DNA of 64,000 nt from Eggerthellaceae bacterium (lineage in GTDB: Bacteria; Actinomycetota; Coriobacteriia; Coriobacteriales; Eggerthellaceae), in NCBI GenBank assembly GCA_009782605.1, contig WRIR01000012.1, positions 183-64,182 on the forward strand, read 5' to 3'. The position numbers and the translations under genes are program-made. Position 1 is the first letter of the stretch. Each line of letters begins with the position of its first letter. Below are positions 23,670 to 32,667 of the stretch, piece after piece. A model generated the notes under the pieces. The model was not told the DNA's origin. It saw nothing but the letters and a program-made list of their open reading frames with translations, and ran no database searches.

Positions 23670-25795
23670 TGATTATGAGTCTTGAAAGACAACAACAGCT
23701 TGAAGCCGCCTATGTCATGCCCACCTTCGCCCGCAAGCCGGTCGAGTTGAGCTTCGGCGGCGGCATGTATGCCTACGACGCGGAAAAGAAGCCCTACCTC
23801 GACTTCATCGCAGGCATCGGCGTCTTGAGCCTCGGGCATTGCCACCCGATGGTCGTCGAAGCGCTCTCGAACCAGGCCACAAAGCTCATCCATGTAGGCA
23901 ACTACTACTACATCGAGAACCGCGGCGAGGTTGCCAAGATGATCTCGGACCTCTTGAGCGAGACGGACGAAGTGACCGAGGCCGACGGGAGCGAAACAGA
24001 GGTCGATCTACTCGACTTAGGCGAGAAGGTCGATATGGCCGACTTCGTCGAGGTGGATGCTGTTCCAGCCGATGCGGACGATGCGGGCAGAACCGCCCAG
24101 GCGGGCTCGGCAGGCGCGGCGGACAGGGCAGCTTCGGCGGGCCAGGTGTACAAAGCGGGCCCGGCAGGCTCGGCAGGCTCGGTGGACGGGGCTGTCGCAG
24201 CCGCTGTTATCGAGCCGACTGCCAAGGTTAAGATGATCACCAGGGCCGAGGCGATTGCCAAGGCCAAGGCGGCGGTCGAGGCGCGGGCGGCTGCTGTGGC
24301 CCTGACCGAGGCGACCGCAAAGGCCGCAGCAGCTGAAGTGGTCGAAGTGGCTGACGTGGCCGCAGCGGTTGAGGCGGCCGTGCGGATAGATGTGCCCCGT
24401 GCCGTTTCGGCCGAGGTACTCGCCGCCGACGAGATAGACAGGACCCTCTTCATCGATGCCGTGGTCGCGGGTGTCAAGACCCTGACCAAGGGGAAAGGCG
24501 AGACCTCGTCTGTCACCGCCAAAGCTGCCGCCAAGGCCGCCGACACCGATACCGCTACTGAGACAGGCATCGATGCCGACGCGGTCGCCGCCAAGGCTGC
24601 CGACGCCGCCAAGGCTGCCGACGCCGCCACCGCCAACACCGACATGGTCGTCGCGAAGGACGTAGACGAGCCCCCTGTGACCTTCACCGCCCCTCCGGCG
24701 GGCGACCTGGTTGCCGTGCAACTGCCCGCCGAAGACGCCGACGCCGCCGTGCAGCCGCCCGCTGCCGACGCTGCCGACGCGGCCGTGCAACCGCCCACCG
24801 CCGACGCCGCCGCCGTGCAGTCGCCCGCTGAGGGCGCGACCGCCGCCGTGCAGCCCGACACGTGGAAGACCTTCTTTGCGAACTCGGGCGCCGAGGCCAA
24901 CGAGTGCGCCATCAAGCTCGCGCGCGCCCATGCCAGGCATCAGGGCAGGAAGTCCCGGGAAATCCTCACCTTCCGGGGAGGCTTCCACGGGCGGACGCTT
25001 GCCGCCCTGGCAGCGACCAGCCAGCCGGCGAAGCAGGAGAAGTTCGCGCCGCTCCCGAAGGGCTTCGCAAACATCCCCTTCAACGACATCAACGCCCTTG
25101 AGAAGGTATTCAAGTACGCCTCGGGCCTCATCTGCGCCGTCATGGTCGAATGCGTGCAGGGCGAGAGGGGCGTGTACCCCTGCTCTCCCGAGTTCCTGCG
25201 GTCCGTCGAGCGCCTTGCCCATGAGAACGGGGCGCTTCTCATCTGCGACGAGATTCAGACCGGCATCTACCGGTGCGGGTCGAAGCCCTTCGCATTCCAG
25301 CGCTACGGCATCCAGCCCGACATCGTGACTATCGCAAAGGGGGTCGCGTCAGGGTTCCCGACAGGCATGTGCGCGGCACGCAGCGAGGTGGCGGACCTGT
25401 TCGAGCCGGGCGACCACGGCACGACCTTCGGCGGGTCGAACCTTGCCGTCGCGGCCACAAAGGCGACGCTTGAGGCCCTTGCCACCACGGGGGTCACGGG
25501 CCGCATCGAAGAGACGGGGAACTATCTGCGCGAGGCGTTGCGGGCCCTGCCCCAGGTGACCGAGGTTCGGGGGATGGGCCTTATGACGGCCTGCGACCTG
25601 GACAGGCGGCTGAGCGCGCCCACTATCGTCGAGCAAGGCCTCGAAGCAGGGCTCCTGCTCAACGCGACGGGGCCGCAGACCCTCCGCTTCCTCCCGCCGC
25701 TCATTTGCGAGAAGAAGCATGTCGACGAGATGATCGAGAAGCTGCAGGCAGTTTTGGGTCAGTATGACGCGGAGCAGGACGAGGAAGCCCTGTGA
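23666..25795 (+). CDS. argD: acetylornithine aminotransferase interrupted by a roughly 300-aa Ala-rich low-complexity insertion
   Basis: The N-terminal block (YVMPTFARKPV...DFIAGIGVLSLGHCHP...HVGNYYY) and the C-terminal block (FFANSGAEANECAIKLAR, FHGRT, DEIQTG..R.G, TIAKG, GDHGTTFGG) are canonical class-III aminotransferase. They are separated in frame by about 900 nt. Confidence 0.85.
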   Translation: MMIMSLERQQQLEAAYVMPTFARKPVELSFGGGMYAYDAEKKPYLDFIAGIGVLSLGHCHPMVVEALSNQATKLIHVGNYYYIENRGEVAKMISDLLSETDEVTEADGSETEVDLLDLGEKVDMADFVEVDAVPADADDAGRTAQAGSAGAADRAASAGQVYKAGPAGSAGSVDGAVAAAVIEPTAKVKMITRAEAIAKAKAAVEARAAAVALTEATAKAAAAEVVEVADVAAAVEAAVRIDVPRAVSAEVLAADEIDRTLFIDAVVAGVKTLTKGKGETSSVTAKAAAKAADTDTATETGIDADAVAAKAADAAKAADAATANTDMVVAKDVDEPPVTFTAPPAGDLVAVQLPAEDADAAVQPPAADAADAAVQPPTADAAAVQSPAEGATAAVQPDTWKTFFANSGAEANECAIKLARAHARHQGRKSREILTFRGGFHGRTLAALAATSQPAKQEKFAPLPKGFANIPFNDINALEKVFKYASGLICAVMVECVQGERGVYPCSPEFLRSVERLAHENGALLICDEIQTGIYRCGSKPFAFQRYGIQPDIVTIAKGVASGFPTGMCAARSEVADLFEPGDHGTTFGGSNLAVAATKATLEALATTGVTGRIEETGNYLREALRALPQVTEVRGMGLMTACDLDRRLSAPTIVEQGLEAGLLLNATGPQTLRFLPPLICEKKHVDEMIEKLQAVLGQYDAEQDEEAL
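23957..24856 (+). repeat. In-frame low-complexity (A/V/D/E/P-rich) insertion within argD, with internal short repeats
   Basis: Repeats such as AAKAADAAKAADAATA and four AAVQ(P/S)P units. The DNA repeats gccgacgccgccaaggctgcc and gccgtgcagccgccc. Confidence 0.8.
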
Positions 25796-26094
25796 CCCTC
25801 CCCGGCTCCTTTCAGGGCGGGGCACAGACCAGCATCACGGACCCGCAGGCCCGAGCGACGGCTGCACAGGAGCCCCCGTGCAGCCACTCACGGGGCGGCG
25901 AAGCGCATGAAAACAGGGGTATTCGCGTGCCGCCCGCCCGTCGTCTGTGCCGAGTTGTGAATTTCACTCAAAAACCACGAAACTGTGCCATAAATGTGGT
26001 ATCGTGGTAACAATAAGGAGCATTGCAGTTTCTTGCATATTCTGATAACCTTGATAAGGTTGTACTCGTCTTTAAGAGGTGGGAATACGGTTCT

Positions 26095-26526
26095 GTGATA
26101 AGAAAACGCCAACAAAGACATGATGTCATACGCCATATCGTACGGAGCTACGATATCAGGACCCAAAGAGACCTGGCCGAGCGGCTTCAAGCTGCTGGTT
26201 ATGAGTGTACCCAGGCAACTATATCCCGAGACATTATGGAGATGGGGCTCATCAAGTCGCAGGAGGGCTGTTATGCGCTCCCCGAGGAAATCCGCCTCCA
26301 GCGGATGGTTTCCGAACTGGTTGAAGAGGTCCATGCTGCAGGCAACATGGTTGTGGTGAAGACTTATTCCGGAGGGGCAGCGGGCGTGTCTGCCGCACTT
26401 GACCGGGCAGACCTCAAGGGCGCCCTCGGAACCGTCGCCGGCGACAACACCATTTTCCTGGCGGCCGAGAACCCCGAAGCGGCCGAGAACATCCAAGCCG
26501 CCATTGACCGACTGCGACGACGTTAG
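26095..26526 (+). CDS. argR: arginine repressor
   Basis: Winged-helix segment RQQRHDVIRHIV....IRTQRDLAERL...G...TQATISRDI.E.GL.K and C-terminal oligomerisation/Arg-binding segment VVVKT..GGA..V..ALD......LGT.AGDNTI. GTG 26095 follows AAGAGGTGGG; the track ORF opens at 26023. Confidence 0.85.
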   Translation: MIRKRQQRHDVIRHIVRSYDIRTQRDLAERLQAAGYECTQATISRDIMEMGLIKSQEGCYALPEEIRLQRMVSELVEEVHAAGNMVVVKTYSGGAAGVSAALDRADLKGALGTVAGDNTIFLAAENPEAAENIQAAIDRLRRR

Positions 26527-26756
26527 TCGTCTATACTGTTTCTGGGGCCGCTGCGCCCCACCACCCACCCCGTACTACCCCGTGTTGCCCAAGGTCGGTT
26601 TCGCGCCTTGGACTGAGAGGTGAGAGCCTGTGCCGGGCACAGGCACCCGAAAGGTTTGGCGAGGTTGCCGCAGACGGCGAGACCGCAGGCGGGAAGACCG
26701 ACAAGGCCTCTCGGACCTCAATATAAAACGAAAGGATCCCAAGAAAGGTGTTTGAC

Positions 26757-28004
26757 ATGGCAAAAGACAAAGTGATACTCGCATATTCGGGCGGGCTGGA
26801 CACGTCGGTGTGCATCAAATGGCTCCAAGAAGAATACGGGCTCGACGTGATCGCCCTCGTAGGCGATGTGGGGCAGGAGCACGACGGCCTGCAGGCCATC
26901 AAGGAAAAGGCTTTGAAGAGCGGCGCTGTTGCCTGCGAGGTCATCGACATGAAGGAGGAGTTCGTCAACGAGTACCTCACCAAGGCGATTGCCGCCAACG
27001 CCATGTACGAGAACAAGTACCCGCTGCTCTCGGCGCTGTCCCGGCCGGTCATCTCGAAGTACCTCGTGGAGGCGGCCCATCAGCACAAGGCGAAATACAT
27101 AGCCCACGGCTGCACGGGCAAAGGCAACGACCAGGTCCGCTTCGAGTCGAGCGTCTCGGTGCTCGACCCGACGCTGAAGGTCATCGCCCCGGTCAGGGAA
27201 TGGGACTTGAAGACGCGCGCGGAAGAGATCGAGTGGGCCCAGGCGCACGGGATAGACGTTCCGGTGACGAAGGACTCCCCCTATTCCATCGACGACAACC
27301 TCTGGGGCCGCGCAATCGAGTGCGGGGTCTTGGAGGATCCCTGGAACGAGCCGCCTGAGGACATCTTCACCATCACGGCCTCCCCGCTTGAGGCACCCGG
27401 TCAGCCCGAGTACGTCGAAGTCGAGTTCAAGGAGGGCATCCCTTGTGCCCTCGACGGAAAGGCGATGAGCTTCCTCGACATCATCTACGAGCTGAACGCC
27501 CTGGTCGGAAAGCACGGCTTCGGGAGGATCGACATGATAGAGAACAGGCTCGTCGGGGTCAAGAGCAGGGAATGCTACGAGGTCCCCGCCGGCCTTGCGC
27601 TCATCATGGCCCACCGGGCGCTTGAGGACCTCTGCCTTGAGCGGGACGTGCTCCACTACAAGCTCTCCATCGAGCAGAGTTGGGCGGTCGCGGTCTACAA
27701 CGGCCAGTGGTTCTCGCCGCTCAAGAACGCCCTCGACGCCTTCTGCGCCACCACGCAGGGGGACGTGAACGGCACCGTGAGGCTGAAGCTCTTCAAGGGC
27801 TCGTGCCTCGTCGTCGGCTCAAAAAGCGTCTCGTCGCTCTACGACTACGCCCTTGCCACCTACGACAAGGAAGACGCCTTCGACCATGGGGCAGCCAAAG
27901 GCTTCATTGCGCTGCACGGCCTTTCCACCAAGGTCTGGGCGATGAAGCAGCTGGAGCGCAAGGCCAAAGGAACGAGCGCCGACAAGGCTCTTTCCGGCAT
28001 GTGA
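26757..28004 (+). CDS. argG: argininosuccinate synthase
   Basis: Motifs: KVILAYSGGLDTSV, AHGCTGKGNDQVRFE, YSIDDNLWGR and ENRLVG.KSRE.YE. Confidence 0.95.
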   Translation: MAKDKVILAYSGGLDTSVCIKWLQEEYGLDVIALVGDVGQEHDGLQAIKEKALKSGAVACEVIDMKEEFVNEYLTKAIAANAMYENKYPLLSALSRPVISKYLVEAAHQHKAKYIAHGCTGKGNDQVRFESSVSVLDPTLKVIAPVREWDLKTRAEEIEWAQAHGIDVPVTKDSPYSIDDNLWGRAIECGVLEDPWNEPPEDIFTITASPLEAPGQPEYVEVEFKEGIPCALDGKAMSFLDIIYELNALVGKHGFGRIDMIENRLVGVKSRECYEVPAGLALIMAHRALEDLCLERDVLHYKLSIEQSWAVAVYNGQWFSPLKNALDAFCATTQGDVNGTVRLKLFKGSCLVVGSKSVSSLYDYALATYDKEDAFDHGAAKGFIALHGLSTKVWAMKQLERKAKGTSADKALSGM

Positions 28005-28031
28005 GAGACCTAAGAGGAAGGAAGGACCCCC

Positions 28032-29423
28032 ATGGCACTGTGGTCAGGGAGGTTTGAGCAGGGTGTCGATGCCTTCACGCAGGAATTCGGCGCCTCGCTT
28101 GCGGTAGACCGGGTGATGTACAAGCAGGATATCGCCGGCTCGCGGGCCCATGCCCGCATGCTTGCGGCCCAGGGGATCATCACAGACGAGGATGCGCTGC
28201 GGATTGTCGAGGGGCTTGCCACGATCGAGCATGCCATCGACTCCGGCGACTTTGTCTTCGACGTCAACGACGAGGACATCCACATGGCTATCGAGAAGGC
28301 GCTGACAGAAGCCATCGGCGACCCCGGTGCGCGCCTCCATACCGGCCGGAGCCGCAACGACCAGGTTGCGACCGACACAAGGCTCTACGTGAAAGAGCTG
28401 CTCCGTTCGCTCATGGGGCACAACGCCGCCTTGAGGGGGACCTTGCTGGCCCAGGCAAAGATCCACCTCGGAGTCGTCATGCCGGGCTACACCCACCTCC
28501 AGCATGCGCAGCCCGTCCTGTTCTCCCACCACCTGCTTGCCTATTTCTGGATGCTGGCCCGCGATCACGCCCGCCTTGAGCAGGCTTATCGTTCCGCAGA
28601 CCTGTGTCCTTTGGGCGCGGCCGCCCTCGCGGGGACGAGCTACCCGCTCGACCGGGAGACTACCGCCGGGGAGCTCGGTTTCGCCGCAGTGTCGCCGAAC
28701 TCGCTTGATGCCGTGTCCGACCGCGACTACCTGCTCGATTTGTGCTATGCCTGCTCGGTTTCGATGGTCCACCTCTCGCGGCTGTGCGAGGAGCTTATCC
28801 TGTGGTCAAGCTCCGAGTTCGGCTTCATCACGCTTGCCGACTCGTTCTCGACCGGCTCTTCCATCATGCCCCAGAAAAAGAATCCCGACTTCGCGGAGCT
28901 CGTTCGGGGAAAGACCGGACGGGTCGTAGGTGACCTCGTCGCCCTGCTCATGGTCTTGAAGGCGCTACCGCTTGCTTACAACAAGGACCTCCAGGAGGAC
29001 AAGGAGGGTAGCTTCGATGCGGCGAAGACCCTGGCAGACGCGCTTGTCTGCATGGAGGGGATGCTTGCCACCATGCAGGTCAACGCCGAGGCGATGCGGG
29101 CCCAGGCCCAAAAGGGCTTCCTTGCGGCGACCGACGTCGCCGACTACCTGGCGAAGCGGGGGGTGCCTTTCAGAGAGGCGCACGAGGTCGTGGGAAGCCT
29201 CGTCCTGCTGTGCGAGAAGCGGGGCTGCGGCCTCGAAGACCTCGCCCTTGAGGACTTTCAGCAGGCGAGCAGCCTGTTCGAGGCCGACATCGTGGGCTCC
29301 CTCGACATCGAGGCCATCGTTGCTGTGCGCAACACCTTCGGGGGGACGGGACATGAGGCCGTAAAGGCCCAGATAGCGCTTGCCGAGGAAACCCTGGCAT
29401 CGCAGGGCCCCGAAGGGCTGTGA
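28032..29423 (+). CDS. argH: argininosuccinate lyase
   Basis: Motifs: LWSGRF, HTGRSRNDQVATD, GYTHLQ.AQP and the fumarate-lyase signature GSSIMPQKKNPD. Confidence 0.95.
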   Translation: MALWSGRFEQGVDAFTQEFGASLAVDRVMYKQDIAGSRAHARMLAAQGIITDEDALRIVEGLATIEHAIDSGDFVFDVNDEDIHMAIEKALTEAIGDPGARLHTGRSRNDQVATDTRLYVKELLRSLMGHNAALRGTLLAQAKIHLGVVMPGYTHLQHAQPVLFSHHLLAYFWMLARDHARLEQAYRSADLCPLGAAALAGTSYPLDRETTAGELGFAAVSPNSLDAVSDRDYLLDLCYACSVSMVHLSRLCEELILWSSSEFGFITLADSFSTGSSIMPQKKNPDFAELVRGKTGRVVGDLVALLMVLKALPLAYNKDLQEDKEGSFDAAKTLADALVCMEGMLATMQVNAEAMRAQAQKGFLAATDVADYLAKRGVPFREAHEVVGSLVLLCEKRGCGLEDLALEDFQQASSLFEADIVGSLDIEAIVAVRNTFGGTGHEAVKAQIALAEETLASQGPEGL

Positions 29424-29644
29424 GCCGCTGAGAAGGGCTGCGAGTCCCCGTGCCCCCCGCGAAGGAGTGAGCCTCTGTAAAGGGCCGCGAGCCCCCAATG
29501 TGAGCTTCTGGTTGTTCGAGGCTGTTTGCCCCGGTTGCTTTGTGGTGCCTGGGGTTTTCCTCACGGTTTCCCCACAGAATTCTTGCTTATTGGCGAATAC
29601 CGCCGCGGGAATGATACAATACGCAAAAGACTTGGAGGTGAGCC

Positions 29645-31948
29645 GTGGCATCGCGATCGCTTAAAAACAGGGAAGGCATCAAGAAGAAGCACCCCATCGT
29701 GGGCCTCTTGGTGGTTTTTGCGGTCCTTGCGGGGCTCGGCATCTCGGCGGTCGTCGGCGTGTACGCGCTGGGCTCTTCGTGGCTCGAAGACCTGCCCGAT
29801 TACAAGGACGTCTCCCTCTACAACAGCGCCCGGAAGACCGAGGTGTACGCAAACGACGAGACCACCTTGCTGGGCGAGTTCTATATCGAGAACCGCATAC
29901 CGGTCACCCTTGACGATATCAGCCCCTATGTGCTCGATGGCACCATCGCCACCGAGGACGAGCGCTACTTTGCCCATGAGGGCATCGACCTGTGGGGCAT
30001 CGGGCGTGCGCTGTTCGTGAACATGGGCGGCGGCAGCCTCGAGGGCGCCTCCACTATCACCCAGCAGTTCGTGCGTGCAACCGTGCTCAATGACGAGGCG
30101 ACCGACATCTCGTTCAAGCGCAAGGTGCGTGAGATGTATATCGCCGTCAAGCTTGAGGACATATACTACAAGGACGACCTCCTGCTCATGTACCTCAACA
30201 CCATCAACTACGGGCAGAACGCCTATGGGATAGAGGCGGCGTCGCAGACCTACTTCTCGAAGCATGCCATCGACCTGAGCCTTGCGGAGGCGGCCGCCTT
30301 GGTGGGAATCCCGCAGTCGCCGACCTACAACAACCCCGTGGACAACTACGACTACTGCCTGAAGCGCCGCGACCACGTGCTTGAGCGCATGCTCACGGCC
30401 CACCGGATCAACCAGGCACAATACGACGCTGCCCTTGCCGAGCCCCTCGTGCTCAACGTGCAGAATAGGCCCATGGACGGGATATACCTCTACCCCTACT
30501 TCACCACCTATATCCGCGACACCCTGGTCGAGCAGTATTCCATGGACGAGATATTCAAGGGCGGGCTGAAGGTCTATACCACGCTCGACCTTGGCATTCA
30601 GGCAGAGGCGGAGCGTGCGGCCCGGAACAAGGAAGAGGCCATCGACGACGACCTGGAAGTCGCCATCACCGCAGTCGAGCCGGACACCGGCTATATCCGT
30701 GCGATGGTGGGTGGCAAGGATTTCTACAATAACGACCAGTACGGCCAGTTCAACCTTGCAACGCAGGGCATGCGCTCCTGCGGGTCGTCCTTCAAGACCT
30801 TCACCCTGGTCACGGCGCTCGAGGAAGGCATCTCGCCGACTACGAGCATCAGCTGCTCGGCACGGGTGCAGCTGGGCGACTGGACGCCGGAGAACTACGG
30901 CGGCAGCGAATACGGGACCAGGTCGATCGCGGGGGCCTTCGAGGTCTCCTCAAACACCGCCTTCGCGCGGCTCATCATGGCGCTCGGCCCCGAGAGGGTG
31001 GTCGAGACAGCCTACCGTATGGGAATCCAGTCCGAGCTGAGGCCGCTGCCTGCTGTCACGCTCGGATCGGTCGAGGTCTCGACTGCCGAGATGGCGGGCG
31101 CATACGCGACCATCGCCACAGGCGGCATCCGGCGCGACGTGACGGGAATCAAGTATATCCTCGACCACACCGGCGAGGTCATCTACCGGGCAGACACGAC
31201 GGGGGAGCGGGTGCTCTCGCCCGAGGTCGCCTATGCCGCGACCGAGGTCATGAAAGGCGTGGTCCTGCGTGGCACGGGAACGGCCGCGAACTTGTGGAAC
31301 GGGCAGCCGGTAGCGGGCAAGACCGGGACCTCCGAGAACTACCGCGACAGCTACTTCGTCGGCATCACCCCGCAGCTCTCAGTGGCTATCTGGCTGGGGG
31401 CCCGCGAAGAGCGCTCCATGCCCCCGGCCTATACGGCATCGAGCGTGTTCAGCGACTTCGTCGGCGCGGTGCTCAACGGGCAGCCGATACGCGATTTCCC
31501 GCAGGCTGCCAACCCTGTCTATCAGCCCTTCGTCAACGCCTCCCTCAATATCGGCTCCGGCGGATACAGCGACGGCAAGAAGGAAGAGGACAAGAAAAAG
31601 AAGGAAGAAGACAGGAAGCAGAAGGAAGAGGACAAGAAGAAGAAGGAAGCGGAAGCAAAGAAGAAGGAAGAGGACAAGAAGAAGAAGGAAGAAGAGGCCA
31701 ATAAGAACCAAGGCGGCTCCGGTGGCGGCTCCGGCTCCGGTGGAGGCGGCTCCGGCGGTGGGGGTTCCGGCGGCGGAGGCGGCTCCGGCGGAGGCGGAGG
31801 CTCTGGCGGCGGAGGCGGGGGCTCCGGTGGAGGCGGCGGCTCTGGCGACGGGGCCAACGACACCAAGCCGCCAAGCGGCGGCTCCGGCGACGGCGACGGC
31901 GGCGGAAGCGGAGGCGGCAGCTCCGGCGACGACGGCGACGACGACTAG
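29645..31948 (+). CDS. class A penicillin-binding protein (glycosyltransferase + transpeptidase) with K/E-rich and poly-Gly/Ser C-terminal tail
   Basis: GTG start and an N-terminal TM segment. GT51 motifs ATEDERYFAHEGID, GASTITQQ and RKVREM. Transpeptidase motifs SCGSSFK, SSN and KTGTS. Confidence 0.9.
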   Translation: MASRSLKNREGIKKKHPIVGLLVVFAVLAGLGISAVVGVYALGSSWLEDLPDYKDVSLYNSARKTEVYANDETTLLGEFYIENRIPVTLDDISPYVLDGTIATEDERYFAHEGIDLWGIGRALFVNMGGGSLEGASTITQQFVRATVLNDEATDISFKRKVREMYIAVKLEDIYYKDDLLLMYLNTINYGQNAYGIEAASQTYFSKHAIDLSLAEAAALVGIPQSPTYNNPVDNYDYCLKRRDHVLERMLTAHRINQAQYDAALAEPLVLNVQNRPMDGIYLYPYFTTYIRDTLVEQYSMDEIFKGGLKVYTTLDLGIQAEAERAARNKEEAIDDDLEVAITAVEPDTGYIRAMVGGKDFYNNDQYGQFNLATQGMRSCGSSFKTFTLVTALEEGISPTTSISCSARVQLGDWTPENYGGSEYGTRSIAGAFEVSSNTAFARLIMALGPERVVETAYRMGIQSELRPLPAVTLGSVEVSTAEMAGAYATIATGGIRRDVTGIKYILDHTGEVIYRADTTGERVLSPEVAYAATEVMKGVVLRGTGTAANLWNGQPVAGKTGTSENYRDSYFVGITPQLSVAIWLGAREERSMPPAYTASSVFSDFVGAVLNGQPIRDFPQAANPVYQPFVNASLNIGSGGYSDGKKEEDKKKKEEDRKQKEEDKKKKEAEAKKKEEDKKKKEEEANKNQGGSGGGSGSGGGGSGGGGSGGGGGSGGGGGSGGGGGGSGGGGGSGDGANDTKPPSGGSGDGDGGGSGGGSSGDDGDDD
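31574..31945 (+). repeat. Simple-sequence coding tract: (K/E/D)-rich repeats followed by (GGGGS)n-like repeats
   Basis: It encodes KKEEDKKKKEEDRKQKEEDKKKKEAEAKKKEEDKKKKEEE, then GGSGGGSGSGGGGSGGGGSGGGGGSGGGGG... and an acidic end. The DNA is aagaaggaagagga and ggcggctccggc iterations. Confidence 0.9.
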
Positions 31949-32000
31949 GACGGTGGCGGGCGTGGCCCTGCCGCAGGCAGCCATCACATCTTACACAACC

Positions 32001-32032
32001 ACCGCCGCGTCTACGGGATGCGGCGGTTTTTT
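32001..32032 (+). terminator. Rho-independent terminator after the PBP gene
   Basis: Stem ccgccgc (32002-32008) pairs with gcggcgg (32020-32026), followed by TTTTTT (32027-32032). Confidence 0.7.
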
Positions 32033-32065
32033 ATGGTACAGTAGCGTCTGTCGGTTTTTTGAAAG

Positions 32066-32611
32066 GTGATTATGAAGAAGTATCTTCCTTTACGTTGGGC
32101 GGCCTCCCTCGCCTTGGTGGCGGTAATGTTGGCAGCCCTGGCCTCATGTATGATGTCCCCCGATGATCCCGCGGCCGACGAACGTGCCGCAAACCGGGAC
32201 TACCTCGCCTCGGTCAACCGTGTCATAAGCGCTTTGACGACCGATCTGGAGCGTTTCAGCGAGGCGGTGTCCCAGAGGGATGTCGTGGGCATGAACGCCC
32301 AGGCGGACAGCGCCTCCCGTTCGATTGACGAGCTGTTGAGGCTTGAGCCGCCGAGCGGGCTTGTGGACGTCCATACGGAACATGCGAAGGGGTGCCGCGA
32401 GCTGCGGGATGCCCTGGACGCCTATCGGGCCCTTTTTGCGGAAATCGATGCAGCAACCGAGGCCCGGCCCTTCGACTTCTCGACCTATGAGCCACGGGTA
32501 TCGAACATCCAAAAAGCCTATGAGAAGGGCATCTCTCATTTGGAGAAGGCAGACCAGCTTTTGACGAGCCTTGTCGATCCGGAAGCGGACGCGGGCACAG
32601 AGGCAGAATAG
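32066..32611 (+). CDS. hypothetical lipoprotein
   Basis: Signal peptide with lipobox LAALASC; a helical soluble part follows. The start may be ATG 32072 after GAAAGG. Confidence 0.65.
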   Translation: MIMKKYLPLRWAASLALVAVMLAALASCMMSPDDPAADERAANRDYLASVNRVISALTTDLERFSEAVSQRDVVGMNAQADSASRSIDELLRLEPPSGLVDVHTEHAKGCRELRDALDAYRALFAEIDAATEARPFDFSTYEPRVSNIQKAYEKGISHLEKADQLLTSLVDPEADAGTEAE

Positions 32612-32667
32612 CCCTTCTCGCCACCGCGCCACCCGCCTTCTTGCTGCGTTTACCGAGAAGGCTTATA

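Noticed and set aside
23957-24856. Intein or mobile-element origin of the argD insertion
   Set aside because: There is no Cys/Ser/Thr at the N-junction, no His-Asn at the C-junction, and no endonuclease or transposase motifs. The sequence is purely low-complexity.
23908-25222. 335-aa and 401-aa ORFs antisense to the argD insertion
   Set aside because: They arise from the Ala-rich (GCN) repeat read on the other strand. They have no start context and no independent motifs.
26531-27052. 173-aa minus-strand ORF and the 312-aa ORF at 26718-27656
   Set aside because: They are antisense to argG, which has unmistakable family motifs.
31379-31987. Pro-rich and Arg/Ser-rich ORFs (202, 114 and 109 aa) on the minus strand and a 115-aa Ala-rich ORF on the plus strand
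   Set aside because: They are mirror images or alternative frames of the K/E and Gly/Ser simple-sequence tail of the PBP gene.
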